Counted from the stretch's first letter, positions 31,814-41,263 are shown. The stretch is DNA of 64,000 nucleotides from Clostridia bacterium (GCA_017623595.1 JAGAOU010000037.1:7493-71492); one strand, 5' to 3'. Numbers and translations: made by a program. The notes: generated by a model from the sequence alone, not told the origin.

Positions 31814-33064
31814 TTATCTTTCATCGATCTCAAGGCGGTAGATTTCCATCTGACCCGGTGCGAGCCAGGTGCCGGAAATGATATTTCCGTCTTCCGTGAT
31901 GCGGTAATTGGCGTCCCAATGGTCTGTGGCAACATCATGCTCGACACCGCCGAAGCAGATGCGCCAAATGCGCTTGACCGACGTGTTGAGGACAAGATGG
32001 AACATTCCGCTTTCCTTTTGATCGTTGTTGAGGATCGCTACGTATTCGTTGTCCTTTTCATCGGTAAAGCGGCTGATTACGCCGTGGAGTCCGTGGTCCG
32101 AGGTGAAATGCTTGACGTATGTGTGAACGCCGTCCTCCCAGCTCTCCCAGCCGCCGTAAGCCCTGCCGAGATGCCAGCTTGCGCGGTGCGTCAGACGCAT
32201 CATCAGCGCGCCGTAGGTTTTGTGGAAAAGACGAAGCTGACGGGAGAGCCAGGTCCAGGTTTCCGTCTTTTCACCAAGCTCGTTGACGGGCGCGTTGCGG
32301 TAGTTGATATGCGAGCGCATCATTCGGTAGTAGAACCAGATGATGCCCTTCGCTCCGTGGATGACGGAGGTGTAAAGCTGCCAGCGGATGTCGTCCTCGT
32401 TCGGACAGCGATAACGGAAATGACCAACCGAAAGGACGATGCTCCAGAAGGGTACGTTCATGACAGCCGCCGCTTCCGAAAAGACGCGCAGACTGTTGTA
32501 ATAAGCGTCGACGCCCTCGCCGTTTCCGAAGGGGTTCATTTGCGTGTAGTTATCAAAGGAGATCAACGGAACGCCGAGGGAAGGAATCACTTCGTGCGTC
32601 CACTCGGTAAAGCTTTCGCATCCCCAAAGAGGCAGGTGAACGTGCCAACCGGGAAAATGATTGAGATAGGGGGTCAGGTGCGGGGCAAGCTCAAGCTGAA
32701 TGGCGGCGGCTGCTTTAATGTCAGCGAAGCTGTCGTGACGGGGCTCGTCACCGAGGTGGAAGCCGAAAACCGCAGGATGGCTGCCAAAATCAGCAACCGC
32801 TTCGGCCACCTTTGCGCGGTATCCCTCAGGATCGCTTGCGGCACCGTGCCAGGTTGTGCGGCTGTCGGAGAGGATGAGTCGGATGCCGTGGGCGTGGCAT
32901 TCGTCGAGAAGTGCGAGGAGTTTTTTCTTGCGTTCGGGGTCGGGTGCGTAATGCGGAGCGACGGTCAAGGTCATTCCGCAAGCCGCCCAATCCGCAACAT
33001 CGGACAGCGGAACGTCATCAATGGCTTGGGTACCCCAGAATCCCATGGGGAAAATTTCGTGCAT
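31814..33064 (-). CDS. Uncharacterised glycoside-hydrolase-like TIM-barrel protein
   Basis: HPAVFGFHLGDEP, ISFDNY, GAKGIIWFYY; AAGGAG RBS before MHEIFP. Confidence 0.65.
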   Translation of the reverse strand: MHEIFPMGFWGTQAIDDVPLSDVADWAACGMTLTVAPHYAPDPERKKKLLALLDECHAHGIRLILSDSRTTWHGAASDPEGYRAKVAEAVADFGSHPAVFGFHLGDEPRHDSFADIKAAAAIQLELAPHLTPYLNHFPGWHVHLPLWGCESFTEWTHEVIPSLGVPLISFDNYTQMNPFGNGEGVDAYYNSLRVFSEAAAVMNVPFWSIVLSVGHFRYRCPNEDDIRWQLYTSVIHGAKGIIWFYYRMMRSHINYRNAPVNELGEKTETWTWLSRQLRLFHKTYGALMMRLTHRASWHLGRAYGGWESWEDGVHTYVKHFTSDHGLHGVISRFTDEKDNEYVAILNNDQKESGMFHLVLNTSVKRIWRICFGGVEHDVATDHWDANYRITEDGNIISGTWLAPGQMEIYRLEIDER

Positions 33065-33134
33065 AATTTTGCTCCTTTCTGTCGGGCTTCTCCCGAGTTC
33101 ACTTGAATTTCCGATAGAGGAATGATTTGCCTCC

Positions 33135-33163
33135 ATTCTATCATATTTTTTAGGATTTGTCAA
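33135..33163 (-). promoter_or_regulatory. sigma-A promoter for the GH-like gene
   Basis: Minus strand TTGACA-17 bp-TAGAAT with extended -10 TG. Confidence 0.75.
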
Positions 33164-33340
33164 TATCTGCCATTGAAAAATATCTCAAACACCGTAGCTT
33201 TATTTCCCGCCGTGGATCGGGAATACTGTGCCGACCTTGTCCTCCCGTCGGGGTCGTCAAGGTGTTTGTTTTTTTTCTGTCATAGGTAGGATCAACGTTT
33301 ATTCATCATCGTTTCGTAGTTCATGCTTTTTTTGTGACAA

Positions 33341-33419
33341 ACAATTGAACACTTGCTCAAATGTATTGACAAATCTTGTCGAGGTGTGTATAATAACAAT
33401 TGAACAATCATTCAAATGA
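33341..33419 (+). promoter_or_regulatory. Promoter flanked by two ArsR/SmtB-type operators
   Basis: TTGACA (33366)-17 bp-TATAAT (33389); imperfect palindromes ACAATTGAACacttGCTCAAATGT (33341-33364) and ACAATTGAACaatcATTCAAATGA (33396-33419). Confidence 0.85.
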
Positions 33420-33431
33420 AAGGAGACTTTT

Positions 33432-33803
33432 ATGTCGGAACACATTCACGATTGCCATGAGGAAACCTGCGAATATATGCACGTTCACCCCGAGTTGATT
33501 GAAAAGGTGAAGGAGAATATGCCGCCCGAGGAGACCTTGTATGATCTGGCGGAGCTTTACAAAGTCTTCGGGGATTCCACCCGTATCAAGATCCTTTATG
33601 TTCTGTTTGAGGCGGAGGTCTGTGTGTGTGACCTGGCCCAATGCCTGAATATGACCACCTCAGCCATCTCCCATCAGCTGCGGGTGTTGAAGCAGTCCCG
33701 CCTGGTCAAATGCCGTCGGGAAGGGAAGACCGTCTTTTATTCTCTGGCCGATGACCATGTCCGTACCATTATTGATCAAGGTATGAACCATATTGAAGAA
33801 TAA
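33432..33803 (+). CDS. ArsR/SmtB (CadC/ZiaR-like) metal-responsive repressor
   Basis: His/Cys-rich N-terminus, FGDSTRIKIL, CVCDLA, SAISHQLR, alpha5 site DDHV...HIEE. Confidence 0.92.
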   Translation: MSEHIHDCHEETCEYMHVHPELIEKVKENMPPEETLYDLAELYKVFGDSTRIKILYVLFEAEVCVCDLAQCLNMTTSAISHQLRVLKQSRLVKCRREGKTVFYSLADDHVRTIIDQGMNHIEE

Positions 33804-33824
33804 TTTACATGGGAGTAATGTATT

Positions 33825-34043
33825 ATGAAAAAGACCTTTCGCATCGAAAATCTCTGTTGCGCCAACTGTGCCCGCAAAATCGAAGAGGGAATCAAAAAAA
33901 TTCCCGGCGTCATTGACGCAAAAATTGTCTTTATGACCATGAAACTGAATCTTGAGGTGGAGGACGGCATGCTGGAATCGGTGCTCATCGAGGCGAAGAA
34001 AATCGCCAAGAAGGTTGAGCCCGATTGCGAGATTCCGGCATGA
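33825..34043 (+). CDS. Standalone HMA-domain protein
   Basis: ENLCCANCARKIE; 72 aa; ATGA-coupled to the ATPase. Confidence 0.85.
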   Translation: MKKTFRIENLCCANCARKIEEGIKKIPGVIDAKIVFMTMKLNLEVEDGMLESVLIEAKKIAKKVEPDCEIPA

Positions 34044-35872
34044 CCCGCCGTCAAAAACGGGATCTGATCCGCATCCTTGCGGCAGGCGCATTCTTTGCCG
34101 TCGCCTTCTTCCTGCCCCTGTCGGGATGGTGGCGGGCGATTCCCTTTGCGATTCCCTATCTCATCGTCGGGTTTCCCGTGCTGAAATCCGCTTTTTTGTC
34201 TTTGATTCACGGACAATGGATGAACGAGACCTTTCTTATGACCGTGGCTTCCTTGGGCGCTTTTGTGCTGGGCGAATTTGCGGAAGGCGTGGCGGTGATG
34301 CTTTTCTCCGCCGTGGGGGAACTTTTTGAGAGTTATGCCGTGGGCAAAAGCCGCAATTCCGTGGCGGAGCTGATGACCCTATGTCCCGATGAAGCCACCG
34401 TTTTGCGGAATGGAGCGTGGATTACGGTGTCTCCCGATGAAATTGCCGTGGGAGAGACCATCCGTGTACTTCCGGGGGAAAAAATCCCCTTGGATGGCGT
34501 TGTTATGGAGGGGGCTTCCTCTCTCGATACCCGTTCTCTGACGGGAGAATCCCTGCCGCGGGATATTGCCGTGGGAGATCCTGCCATCAGCGGTTGTGTG
34601 AATCTCTCCGGGGTTCTGATGCTTCGGGTGGAAAAGGAATTCGGGGAGAGCACGGCCTCCAAAATCCTTGCCTTGGTGGAGGATGCCACCGCAAATCGGG
34701 CAAAAACCGAGACCTTTGTGGCCTCCTTCGCCCGTTGGTATACTCCTCTTGTGCTGATCCTTGCCCTGTTTGTGGGGATTGTGCCGCCTTTGGTGCTGGG
34801 TGGTTGGTCGGAATGGATCTATCGTGCGCTGGAATTTTTGGTGGTTTCTTGCCCCTGTGCGGTGGTGATTTCGGTTCCTCTGACCTATTTCGGGGGAATC
34901 GGCGGCGCCTCCCGCAAAGGGATTCTGATTAAGGGCTCCGACCGTCTGGAGGCTCTTGCCCATGCGGATACGGTGGTTTTCGATAAAACGGGAACCTTGA
35001 CCCGTGGTGTGTTCGAGGTGACCGATGTTCGGGGAGAAGACCCGGAGCATGTGTTGGAAATCGCCGCACTCTGCGAGCAGTTTTCCAATCATCCCATCGC
35101 CCGATCTCTGCGGGAGGGGTGGAAGGGAGAACTGTCCGAAGAACGTGTTTCCGCCTTTGAGGAGACGGCAGGCTTCGGTGTCAGTGCTGTAGTGGACGGA
35201 CAACGGTATTCTGTGGGAAATGATCGCTGGATGCGGATGCAAGGCTTTGTTCCCATGGATACGGAAACCGTGGGGACACATATTTTTGTTGCCGATGCCC
35301 ACCGCTGCTTTGGTGTGGTCACCATTGCCGACCGTTTGAAGGAAAATGCCGTGGAGGCCCTGCGCTCCCTGCGTGTCTTGGGAGTGCGCCGTACGGTGAT
35401 GCTGACGGGGGATTCACACCGTGCCGCCGCAGGAGTGGCAGAAGAATGTGGTGTGGATTCCTATAAAGCCGACCTTCTCCCCGCAGATAAGGTTCTTGCG
35501 CTGAAGGAGGTTTCCGACGGGGCAAAGGGGACGGTTGTGTTTGTGGGCGACGGTATGAACGATGCTCCCGTCCTGGCTTCGGCGGATGTGGGGGTTGCCA
35601 TGGGGGCTATGGGCTCCGATGCTGCCATTGAAGCCGCCGATGTGGTTTTGATGCATGACGACCTTTCCGCTCTTCCCGTTGCGGTGGGGGTTGCTCGGAA
35701 AACACGGAGCATTGTTCTTCAGAATCTGGTCTTCTCCATCGGGATCAAAATCCTTGTTATGATCCTCTGCGCCACCGGTGTGGCCAACATGTGGTACGCC
35801 GTTTTTGCCGATGTGGGGGTTTCTGTACTGGCAATTCTTAATGCCATGCGCGCATTATCGAAAAAAAGTTGA
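34040..35872 (+). CDS. Heavy-metal P1B-type ATPase (Zn/Cd, CadA/ZntA-like)
   Basis: TGES, CPC, DKTGT, HP, GDGMNDAP; TM7 Lys and TM8 Asp (FADVG) typical of P1B-2. Confidence 0.92.
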   Translation: MTRRQKRDLIRILAAGAFFAVAFFLPLSGWWRAIPFAIPYLIVGFPVLKSAFLSLIHGQWMNETFLMTVASLGAFVLGEFAEGVAVMLFSAVGELFESYAVGKSRNSVAELMTLCPDEATVLRNGAWITVSPDEIAVGETIRVLPGEKIPLDGVVMEGASSLDTRSLTGESLPRDIAVGDPAISGCVNLSGVLMLRVEKEFGESTASKILALVEDATANRAKTETFVASFARWYTPLVLILALFVGIVPPLVLGGWSEWIYRALEFLVVSCPCAVVISVPLTYFGGIGGASRKGILIKGSDRLEALAHADTVVFDKTGTLTRGVFEVTDVRGEDPEHVLEIAALCEQFSNHPIARSLREGWKGELSEERVSAFEETAGFGVSAVVDGQRYSVGNDRWMRMQGFVPMDTETVGTHIFVADAHRCFGVVTIADRLKENAVEALRSLRVLGVRRTVMLTGDSHRAAAGVAEECGVDSYKADLLPADKVLALKEVSDGAKGTVVFVGDGMNDAPVLASADVGVAMGAMGSDAAIEAADVVLMHDDLSALPVAVGVARKTRSIVLQNLVFSIGIKILVMILCATGVANMWYAVFADVGVSVLAILNAMRALSKKS

Positions 35873-35890
35873 TATTTTTGCCTTTCCCCG

Positions 35891-35919
35891 TTGACAAACG
35901 GGGAATTGTGCGGTATAAT
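35891..35919 (+). promoter_or_regulatory. sigma-A promoter for galT
   Basis: TTGACA-17 bp-TATAAT. Confidence 0.85.
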
Positions 35920-35952
35920 AGAGACGTAAGTTTATAAAGGGGAGTAAAACCA

Positions 35953-37452
35953 ATGATACAGACCAACCTCAAACAATTGGTGGAGTATGCAAAGGCCTAT
36001 TGCATGCTTCCGAAAGCAGATGAATACTACACCTTCAACCGTCTCCTGCTTCTTTTGAATCTGGACGATTGCGGTGCCGACGAACCTATTCCTTCCGTGG
36101 AAGGTATGACCGGTCCCGATGCGGTTCTGGAGCCGATTCTTGCCTATGCCGTGGAAAAGGGCATCATTGACGAAGGACAGACCGAGGCCTTCTCCTCCCG
36201 TTTGATGGACACCGTTTCCCTGCGACCCTCTCAGGTGCAGGCCGTCTTCGAGGAGAAAAAGGCTTCCCTCGGATTGAAGGCCGCCACAGACTGGTTCCAT
36301 GATTATTGCGAAAAGACCGATTACGTCAAGCGCTCCGCCATCGAAAAGAACCTGCGCTGGGATGCAAAGGGCGAAAAGGCCGACCTGGTCATCACCGTCA
36401 ACCTTTCCAAGCCCGAGGTGGACAATAAAAAATCCGCCGCCATGCTTCATAAAAAGCCCTCAGGCTACCCCTCCTGCGTGATCTGCCGTCAGAACGAAGG
36501 CTTTACGGGACACGGCACCGTTCGCGATACCCTGCGCACCATCGATGTAACGCTGGACGGAACCCCCTTCTTCTGGCAGTTCTCTCCCTATGCATACTAT
36601 TATCAGCATGCCATCATCATCAATACCGAACATACTCCCATGATTGTTAATACCACCGCCCTGCGCCGTCTGATGGATTTTGTGGATCAGTATCCTCATT
36701 ATTTCATCGGCAGCAACGCGGCTCTGCCCCGCATCGGCGGCTCTCTGTTGGTTCATGATCACTATCAGGGCGGTCTGGAGCAGATGCCCATGCACCGTGC
36801 CGACTATCGTACCGTCCTCTCTGCCCCCGATGCGAAGGTGAAGGTGGGCATTCTCGAATGGTATAACAGCGTTGTCCGCTTTGAGTCCGACGATCGTGAG
36901 GCCATTCTCGCCACCGCCGCCCGCATGATCGAGGCTTGGAAGGATTATAACAATGCCGCGCTGGGGATTCTTTCCGAATCCGCAGGGGAGAAGCATAACT
37001 CCTGTTCTCCCGTGGTTCGCCGCACCGAAACGGGCTATATCATTGATCTGATTCTGAGAAATAACCGCACCGACGAGACCTATCCCGACGGCATTTTCCA
37101 CGCCCATCCCGAATACCACAACATCAAGAAGGAAAGCATCGGTTTGATCGAGGCCATGGGGCTTTATATTCTCCCCGCCCGCCTCAACCGCCAGCTTTTC
37201 AAGGAAGCCGCCGCCTATCTTTGCGGCAAGCCCTATGACGGAGATGCTTTGGCCGAGGATATGCAGGTCCACCGTGAGATGATCGAGCTGCTTCTTTCCC
37301 GCCATGGTAATTCCCTGACCCCCGAAGAGGCCGAAGCCGCCGTCCGCAGCCGTATCAACGAGGTCTGCGATGCTATTCTGAAAAACACCGCCGTCTTCGA
37401 CGAAAATACCGGCAGTGAAGTCTTCCGCGCCTTCGTTGTCTCTTGCCTGTAA
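35953..37452 (+). CDS. galT: Galactose-1-phosphate uridylyltransferase (type II)
   Basis: ITVNLSKPE, QFSPYAYY, GSNAALPRIGGS..HDHYQGG, HNIKKESIGLIEAMG. Confidence 0.9.
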   Translation: MIQTNLKQLVEYAKAYCMLPKADEYYTFNRLLLLLNLDDCGADEPIPSVEGMTGPDAVLEPILAYAVEKGIIDEGQTEAFSSRLMDTVSLRPSQVQAVFEEKKASLGLKAATDWFHDYCEKTDYVKRSAIEKNLRWDAKGEKADLVITVNLSKPEVDNKKSAAMLHKKPSGYPSCVICRQNEGFTGHGTVRDTLRTIDVTLDGTPFFWQFSPYAYYYQHAIIINTEHTPMIVNTTALRRLMDFVDQYPHYFIGSNAALPRIGGSLLVHDHYQGGLEQMPMHRADYRTVLSAPDAKVKVGILEWYNSVVRFESDDREAILATAARMIEAWKDYNNAALGILSESAGEKHNSCSPVVRRTETGYIIDLILRNNRTDETYPDGIFHAHPEYHNIKKESIGLIEAMGLYILPARLNRQLFKEAAAYLCGKPYDGDALAEDMQVHREMIELLLSRHGNSLTPEEAEAAVRSRINEVCDAILKNTAVFDENTGSEVFRAFVVSCL

Positions 37453-37471
37453 CATTTAAATTTACATTTAC

Positions 37472-37508
37472 CTCGTCCCTCGGATCCTTCCGAGGGACGA
37501 GCTTTTTT
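37472..37508 (+). terminator. Rho-independent terminator
   Basis: CTCGTCCCTCGGA-TCCT-TCCGAGGGACGAG followed by a T run. Confidence 0.85.
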
Positions 37509-37559
37509 AAAGTTGTTTTTCGGGTATTTTTTTGTTTTCGTCGGTTTGCATTTTAGGGG

Positions 37560-37588
37560 TTGCTTTTTTTGTAAAAATATGGTATACT
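37560..37588 (+). promoter_or_regulatory. sigma-A promoter
   Basis: TTGCTT-17 bp-TATACT with extended -10 TG. Confidence 0.65.
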
Positions 37589-37620
37589 AATAAGGTACGA
37601 AAAATGGAAGGGGTGTTTGT

Positions 37621-38253
37621 ATGCGTTCCGAACGCAGACCCATGACCTGCCGCCATTGCGGAAAAGAATTTACCGCCCGTGTGATTTTGCAGGTGGATTA
37701 CGGCCGTCCCGAGGATCGGGAAGCCAATCTGACCGACGGAAGTCTGTTTGCCTACCGTTGTCCTCATTGCGGGGAGGAGATGCATTTTAATCATTATCTT
37801 CTCTGGGTGGACGAAGGACATACCGTGGCGGTGTGCAATATCACCTGTGAGGAAGAGAAGAAGGCTGTGGACGAGGCCCTTTCTGCCCTTGTTGCTTTTG
37901 GGAAGGATTCCCGAATCCGTCGCCGATTTGTTTCTTCCCCCGCCCGTCTGTGCGAAAAGGCGCAGATCTTTTCTCAGGGGCTGGACGATCGGACGGTGGA
38001 GGTCATTAAGCTTTATATGGCCGAGGAGGTGCGGCGGGCCCATCCTCAAAAAACGGTCACCGATGCGTTGTTTTTCCCCGATAACGAAGATTTTGGAATT
38101 TTGTTCCTCTGTCCCGACGGCAATTTGTCTGTCAAGGTGACACGGGAACAGTTTGATGCGGTTTGTTCCCGATTTGCCTTTTCCGAACCCTCCCCCGAGG
38201 TGGTTGACGGAGCCTGGGCCATTGCTTATCTGACGGGTGGCAAATCATGCTGA
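37621..38253 (+). CDS. CpXC-domain (zinc-ribbon) protein
   Basis: CRHCG...GSLFAYRCPHCG; EK...GLDDR..E motif. Confidence 0.75.
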   Translation: MRSERRPMTCRHCGKEFTARVILQVDYGRPEDREANLTDGSLFAYRCPHCGEEMHFNHYLLWVDEGHTVAVCNITCEEEKKAVDEALSALVAFGKDSRIRRRFVSSPARLCEKAQIFSQGLDDRTVEVIKLYMAEEVRRAHPQKTVTDALFFPDNEDFGILFLCPDGNLSVKVTREQFDAVCSRFAFSEPSPEVVDGAWAIAYLTGGKSC

Positions 38254-38801
38254 ATCTGCGAGAAACCGAAAAAGCATTCCTTGCGACCCATGTTTTTGAG
38301 GGATGTGTTGCGGTGGATTTCACCATGGGAAACGGAAACGATACCCTTTGGCTTTCCCACAGAGCGGGTCAAAAGGGCAGGGTATATGCCTTTGATATTC
38401 AGCCCGAAGCGGTGGCTCGCACGGCGGAACGGATGAAGCTGGAGGCGCCTTTTGAAAACTATCGGCTGATCTGTGCTTCCCATCATACCGCATCGGATTA
38501 CGTTTCCGAGCCCATTGATGTGGGTATTTTTAATCTGGGTTTTCTGCCCGGAGGAGATAAGGGAATCACCACTCTGCGGCAGACCACTCTGCCCGCCGTT
38601 CGCTGGGCGCTGTCTTCGCTGGCATCCAAGGGAGCGCTTTTGATCGCCGTTTATCCCGGACATGAGGAAGGGCGCCTGGAAGGGGAGATGCTGCAGGAGG
38701 AACTGTCCGCATTGCCCCCGAAGCAATACAGTGTCAGCTGCCTTCGCATTGTCAATGCTCCCGATTGCCCTTTCTTCTATCTCATTGAGAAAAACAAATA
38801 A
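38247..38801 (+). CDS. SAM-dependent methyltransferase (YtqB/MnmM-like)
   Basis: VDFTMGNGNDT, FDIQ, FNLGFLPGGD, YPGHEEG. Confidence 0.82.
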   Translation: MLNLRETEKAFLATHVFEGCVAVDFTMGNGNDTLWLSHRAGQKGRVYAFDIQPEAVARTAERMKLEAPFENYRLICASHHTASDYVSEPIDVGIFNLGFLPGGDKGITTLRQTTLPAVRWALSSLASKGALLIAVYPGHEEGRLEGEMLQEELSALPPKQYSVSCLRIVNAPDCPFFYLIEKNK

Positions 38802-38805
38802 TCCC

Positions 38806-38839
38806 AAAAAAAAAGCGCTTGCCGGGCAAGCGCTTTTTT
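38806..38839. terminator. Bidirectional terminator
   Basis: A run-GCGCTTGCC...GGCAAGCGC-T run between convergent genes. Confidence 0.8.
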
Positions 38840-39605
38840 AGGTTTTTCGGTATTCACCGGGTGTTTTTCCTGTGATTTGTCGGAACTGGCGGGAAAAGTG
38901 GGTCTCGTTTTCATATCCACAGGCGACGGCGATCTGTCGGGCAGTCAGGTCTGTCAGCATCAGCAAGGATTTTGCCCGTTCGATCCTGGAAGAGATCACA
39001 TCTGTCATGCAGGGTATGTTGAATATTTCCCGATAGATTTTTTGAAAATATGAGGGGGAAAAATTGACTCGTTGAGCCATCATTTTGACGCTCCATGGAA
39101 GATCCGGTTCGTCGTAAATTTCGTTTCGTAAATGATTTATTTTGTCAAGTGTCCGGCTTTCGTAGCGGATCCGAGATGTGGCTTCTGTCAGTTTTATCAG
39201 AAAATACCGCAGAAGGGCATCGATGGCTTCCCGAGAATACGTAGACCTGTTTTTAGTCTCGTAGACGATTTTCTGCTGGACACTCATGAAATCCGAAACA
39301 TCGGGCAGAGATATGGGTGTGTTGTAGATCGGATCCAGCCCTGCCAAAAAGGCTTCGTCCGCTTCAGATTCCGTGTTGAAATGAATATAATCGTTGATAT
39401 AAATCTCTTCTGCTCCGCGAAAAAATTGGGGCGAATTTTTTTTGTACAGAAAAACGGTGTTTTTTGGTACGGGAATCTCCTTGCCGTCTAAAGTAAAAAT
39501 GGCAGGGGTCTTGGTGTACAAGAACAGATAATCCTTCGACCCCTCGGGGCGTCGAATGCGGAAATTCCGATGTCGGAAATTTATGCCGCAATGATTGACG
39601 AACAT
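38838..39605 (-). CDS. AraC-family transcriptional regulator
   Basis: C-terminal double HTH (IAVACGYENETHFSRQFR...TPGEYR); divergent from GH51. Confidence 0.92.
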   Translation of the reverse strand: MFVNHCGINFRHRNFRIRRPEGSKDYLFLYTKTPAIFTLDGKEIPVPKNTVFLYKKNSPQFFRGAEEIYINDYIHFNTESEADEAFLAGLDPIYNTPISLPDVSDFMSVQQKIVYETKNRSTYSREAIDALLRYFLIKLTEATSRIRYESRTLDKINHLRNEIYDEPDLPWSVKMMAQRVNFSPSYFQKIYREIFNIPCMTDVISSRIERAKSLLMLTDLTARQIAVACGYENETHFSRQFRQITGKTPGEYRKT

Positions 39606-39653
39606 AAAACACCTCCAAAGTATGATATGTCAAACTTTAAGTATAATATATCA

Positions 39654-39682
39654 TAGACAACCTGCAAAATCAAGTGTATAAT
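39654..39682 (+). promoter_or_regulatory. Promoter for the GH51 gene
   Basis: TAGACA-17 bp-TATAAT. Confidence 0.7.
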
Positions 39683-39721
39683 AAGACAAAAAGTGAAAAA
39701 TTCAGAAAGGGTTCAAAAAGT

Positions 39722-41209
39722 ATGAAATGTTATGTCAATCCGCACCGTATTTACGGAACAGTTAACCCCATGGTCTACGGTCATTTTATTGAGCATTTTC
39801 ACCGTCAGATTTACGGTGGGGTTTATGATCCTGCGTCTCCCTTTGCGGATGAAGACGGTCTTCGAACCGATGTTTTGGATGCAATGCGTAATATTAAGGT
39901 GCCTGTTCTTCGCTGGCCGGGAGGTTGTTTTGTTTCTTCCTATCACTGGAAAAAAGCAGTCGGGAAAAATCGCATGCCTTTTTATGATAAGGCTTGGCGG
40001 ATGGAGGATCCCAACACCTTCGGCACAGATGAATACATCAAATTCTGCCGTAAGATCGATTGTGCTCCCTATATCTGCACCAACGCAGGGACGGGAACTG
40101 CGGAAGAAATGAGCGATTGGGTGGAATACTGTAACCTGAAGGAGCAGGGAGAATATGCAAAGCAGCGCATTGAAAACGGATTTCCCGAACCTCATGCCGT
40201 AAAATATTGGAGCATCGGCAATGAAAACTACGGTGCATGGGAGCTTGGTGCGAAGGATGCCGAGGAATGGAGTCGACTGGTTCTGGAATCTGCCAAGATG
40301 ATGAAGCATGTGGATCCTACTATTGAGCTTTCCGCTGCGGCTTTGACCGATCCCAACTGGAATTTGAAGCTGCTGCAAAAGGCGGGCAATTTTTTGGATT
40401 GGATCTCCATTCACGTTTATTATGATGCTTTGCAAAATTCCTGGGAATATGCGCCGTCTGATTATGAAACGATGATGGGGCGTACCGGAAAGGTTCGGAA
40501 TTCCATCGTAAAGGTTCGTGGCACTTTGATGATGCTCGGCTTGGAGAAGAGAATTAAAATTGCCTATGACGAATGGAATCCGCGGGGTTGGCATCATCCC
40601 GGAATTCACCAGAATCTGGGTGCAGGTCTGGAAAATGACGAATTCCTGAAAGCCCGCGATAAAAACGATATTAATTCCACCTATACCATGGCGGATGCGG
40701 TGTTTACCGCTTGCTTCCTGAATGAATGTATCCGAAATTGTGATATGGTTAAAATGGCGAATTTTGCGCCCCTGCTCAATACATGCGGCCCGATCTTTAC
40801 TTATGACGGTGGCATTGTGAAGCGGAGCACCTATTACGTTTTTGAGTTGATGACCCATCACATGGGAGATATTTCCGTGGATTTTTGGACGGACAAGTGC
40901 TCCGAAGAAACCATGGGTGGTCAGCAGGTTAAAATGGTCGATCTTGCCGCCGCGGTACGTTCCTGCGACGGGGCTTTGACCCTTTCGGCGGTCAACAAGT
41001 CCGATGCGGTCACCCAAGAGATCGAAATTCCCCTTCCCGAGGGATATTCCTCCTCAACGGTTTATACCGTGAACGGTCCGTCCAAGGATTCTTACAACGA
41101 TATCGGCAGGGAAGAGGTTCGTATCACCGAGGGGGAAGCAATTCTCTCCGGAGGGACCGTTTCCGTGAAGCTTTCGCCTCATTCCGTCAATCTGATTATT
41201 CTTCGCTGA
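39722..41209 (+). CDS. GH51 alpha-L-arabinofuranosidase
   Basis: YGHFIEH, RWPGG, FGTDE, WSIGNE (acid/base), AYDEWN (nucleophile). Confidence 0.92.
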   Translation: MKCYVNPHRIYGTVNPMVYGHFIEHFHRQIYGGVYDPASPFADEDGLRTDVLDAMRNIKVPVLRWPGGCFVSSYHWKKAVGKNRMPFYDKAWRMEDPNTFGTDEYIKFCRKIDCAPYICTNAGTGTAEEMSDWVEYCNLKEQGEYAKQRIENGFPEPHAVKYWSIGNENYGAWELGAKDAEEWSRLVLESAKMMKHVDPTIELSAAALTDPNWNLKLLQKAGNFLDWISIHVYYDALQNSWEYAPSDYETMMGRTGKVRNSIVKVRGTLMMLGLEKRIKIAYDEWNPRGWHHPGIHQNLGAGLENDEFLKARDKNDINSTYTMADAVFTACFLNECIRNCDMVKMANFAPLLNTCGPIFTYDGGIVKRSTYYVFELMTHHMGDISVDFWTDKCSEETMGGQQVKMVDLAAAVRSCDGALTLSAVNKSDAVTQEIEIPLPEGYSSSTVYTVNGPSKDSYNDIGREEVRITEGEAILSGGTVSVKLSPHSVNLIILR

Positions 41210-41222
41210 TTTTTAGAACGTT

Positions 41223-41258
41223 AGACCGGCTGAATTTTTTCGGCCGGTCTTTTGTTTT
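41223..41258 (+). terminator. Rho-independent terminator
   Basis: AGACCGGCTGAA...TTCGGCCGGTCT followed by a T-rich tail. Confidence 0.75.
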
Positions 41259-41263
41259 GGGAC

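Noticed and set aside
33186-33276. NiCo or another known riboswitch upstream of the metal operon
   Set aside because: Lacks the conserved motifs I know for NiCo, yybP or c-di-GMP aptamers and lies upstream of the operon's own promoter; kept only as an unassigned structure
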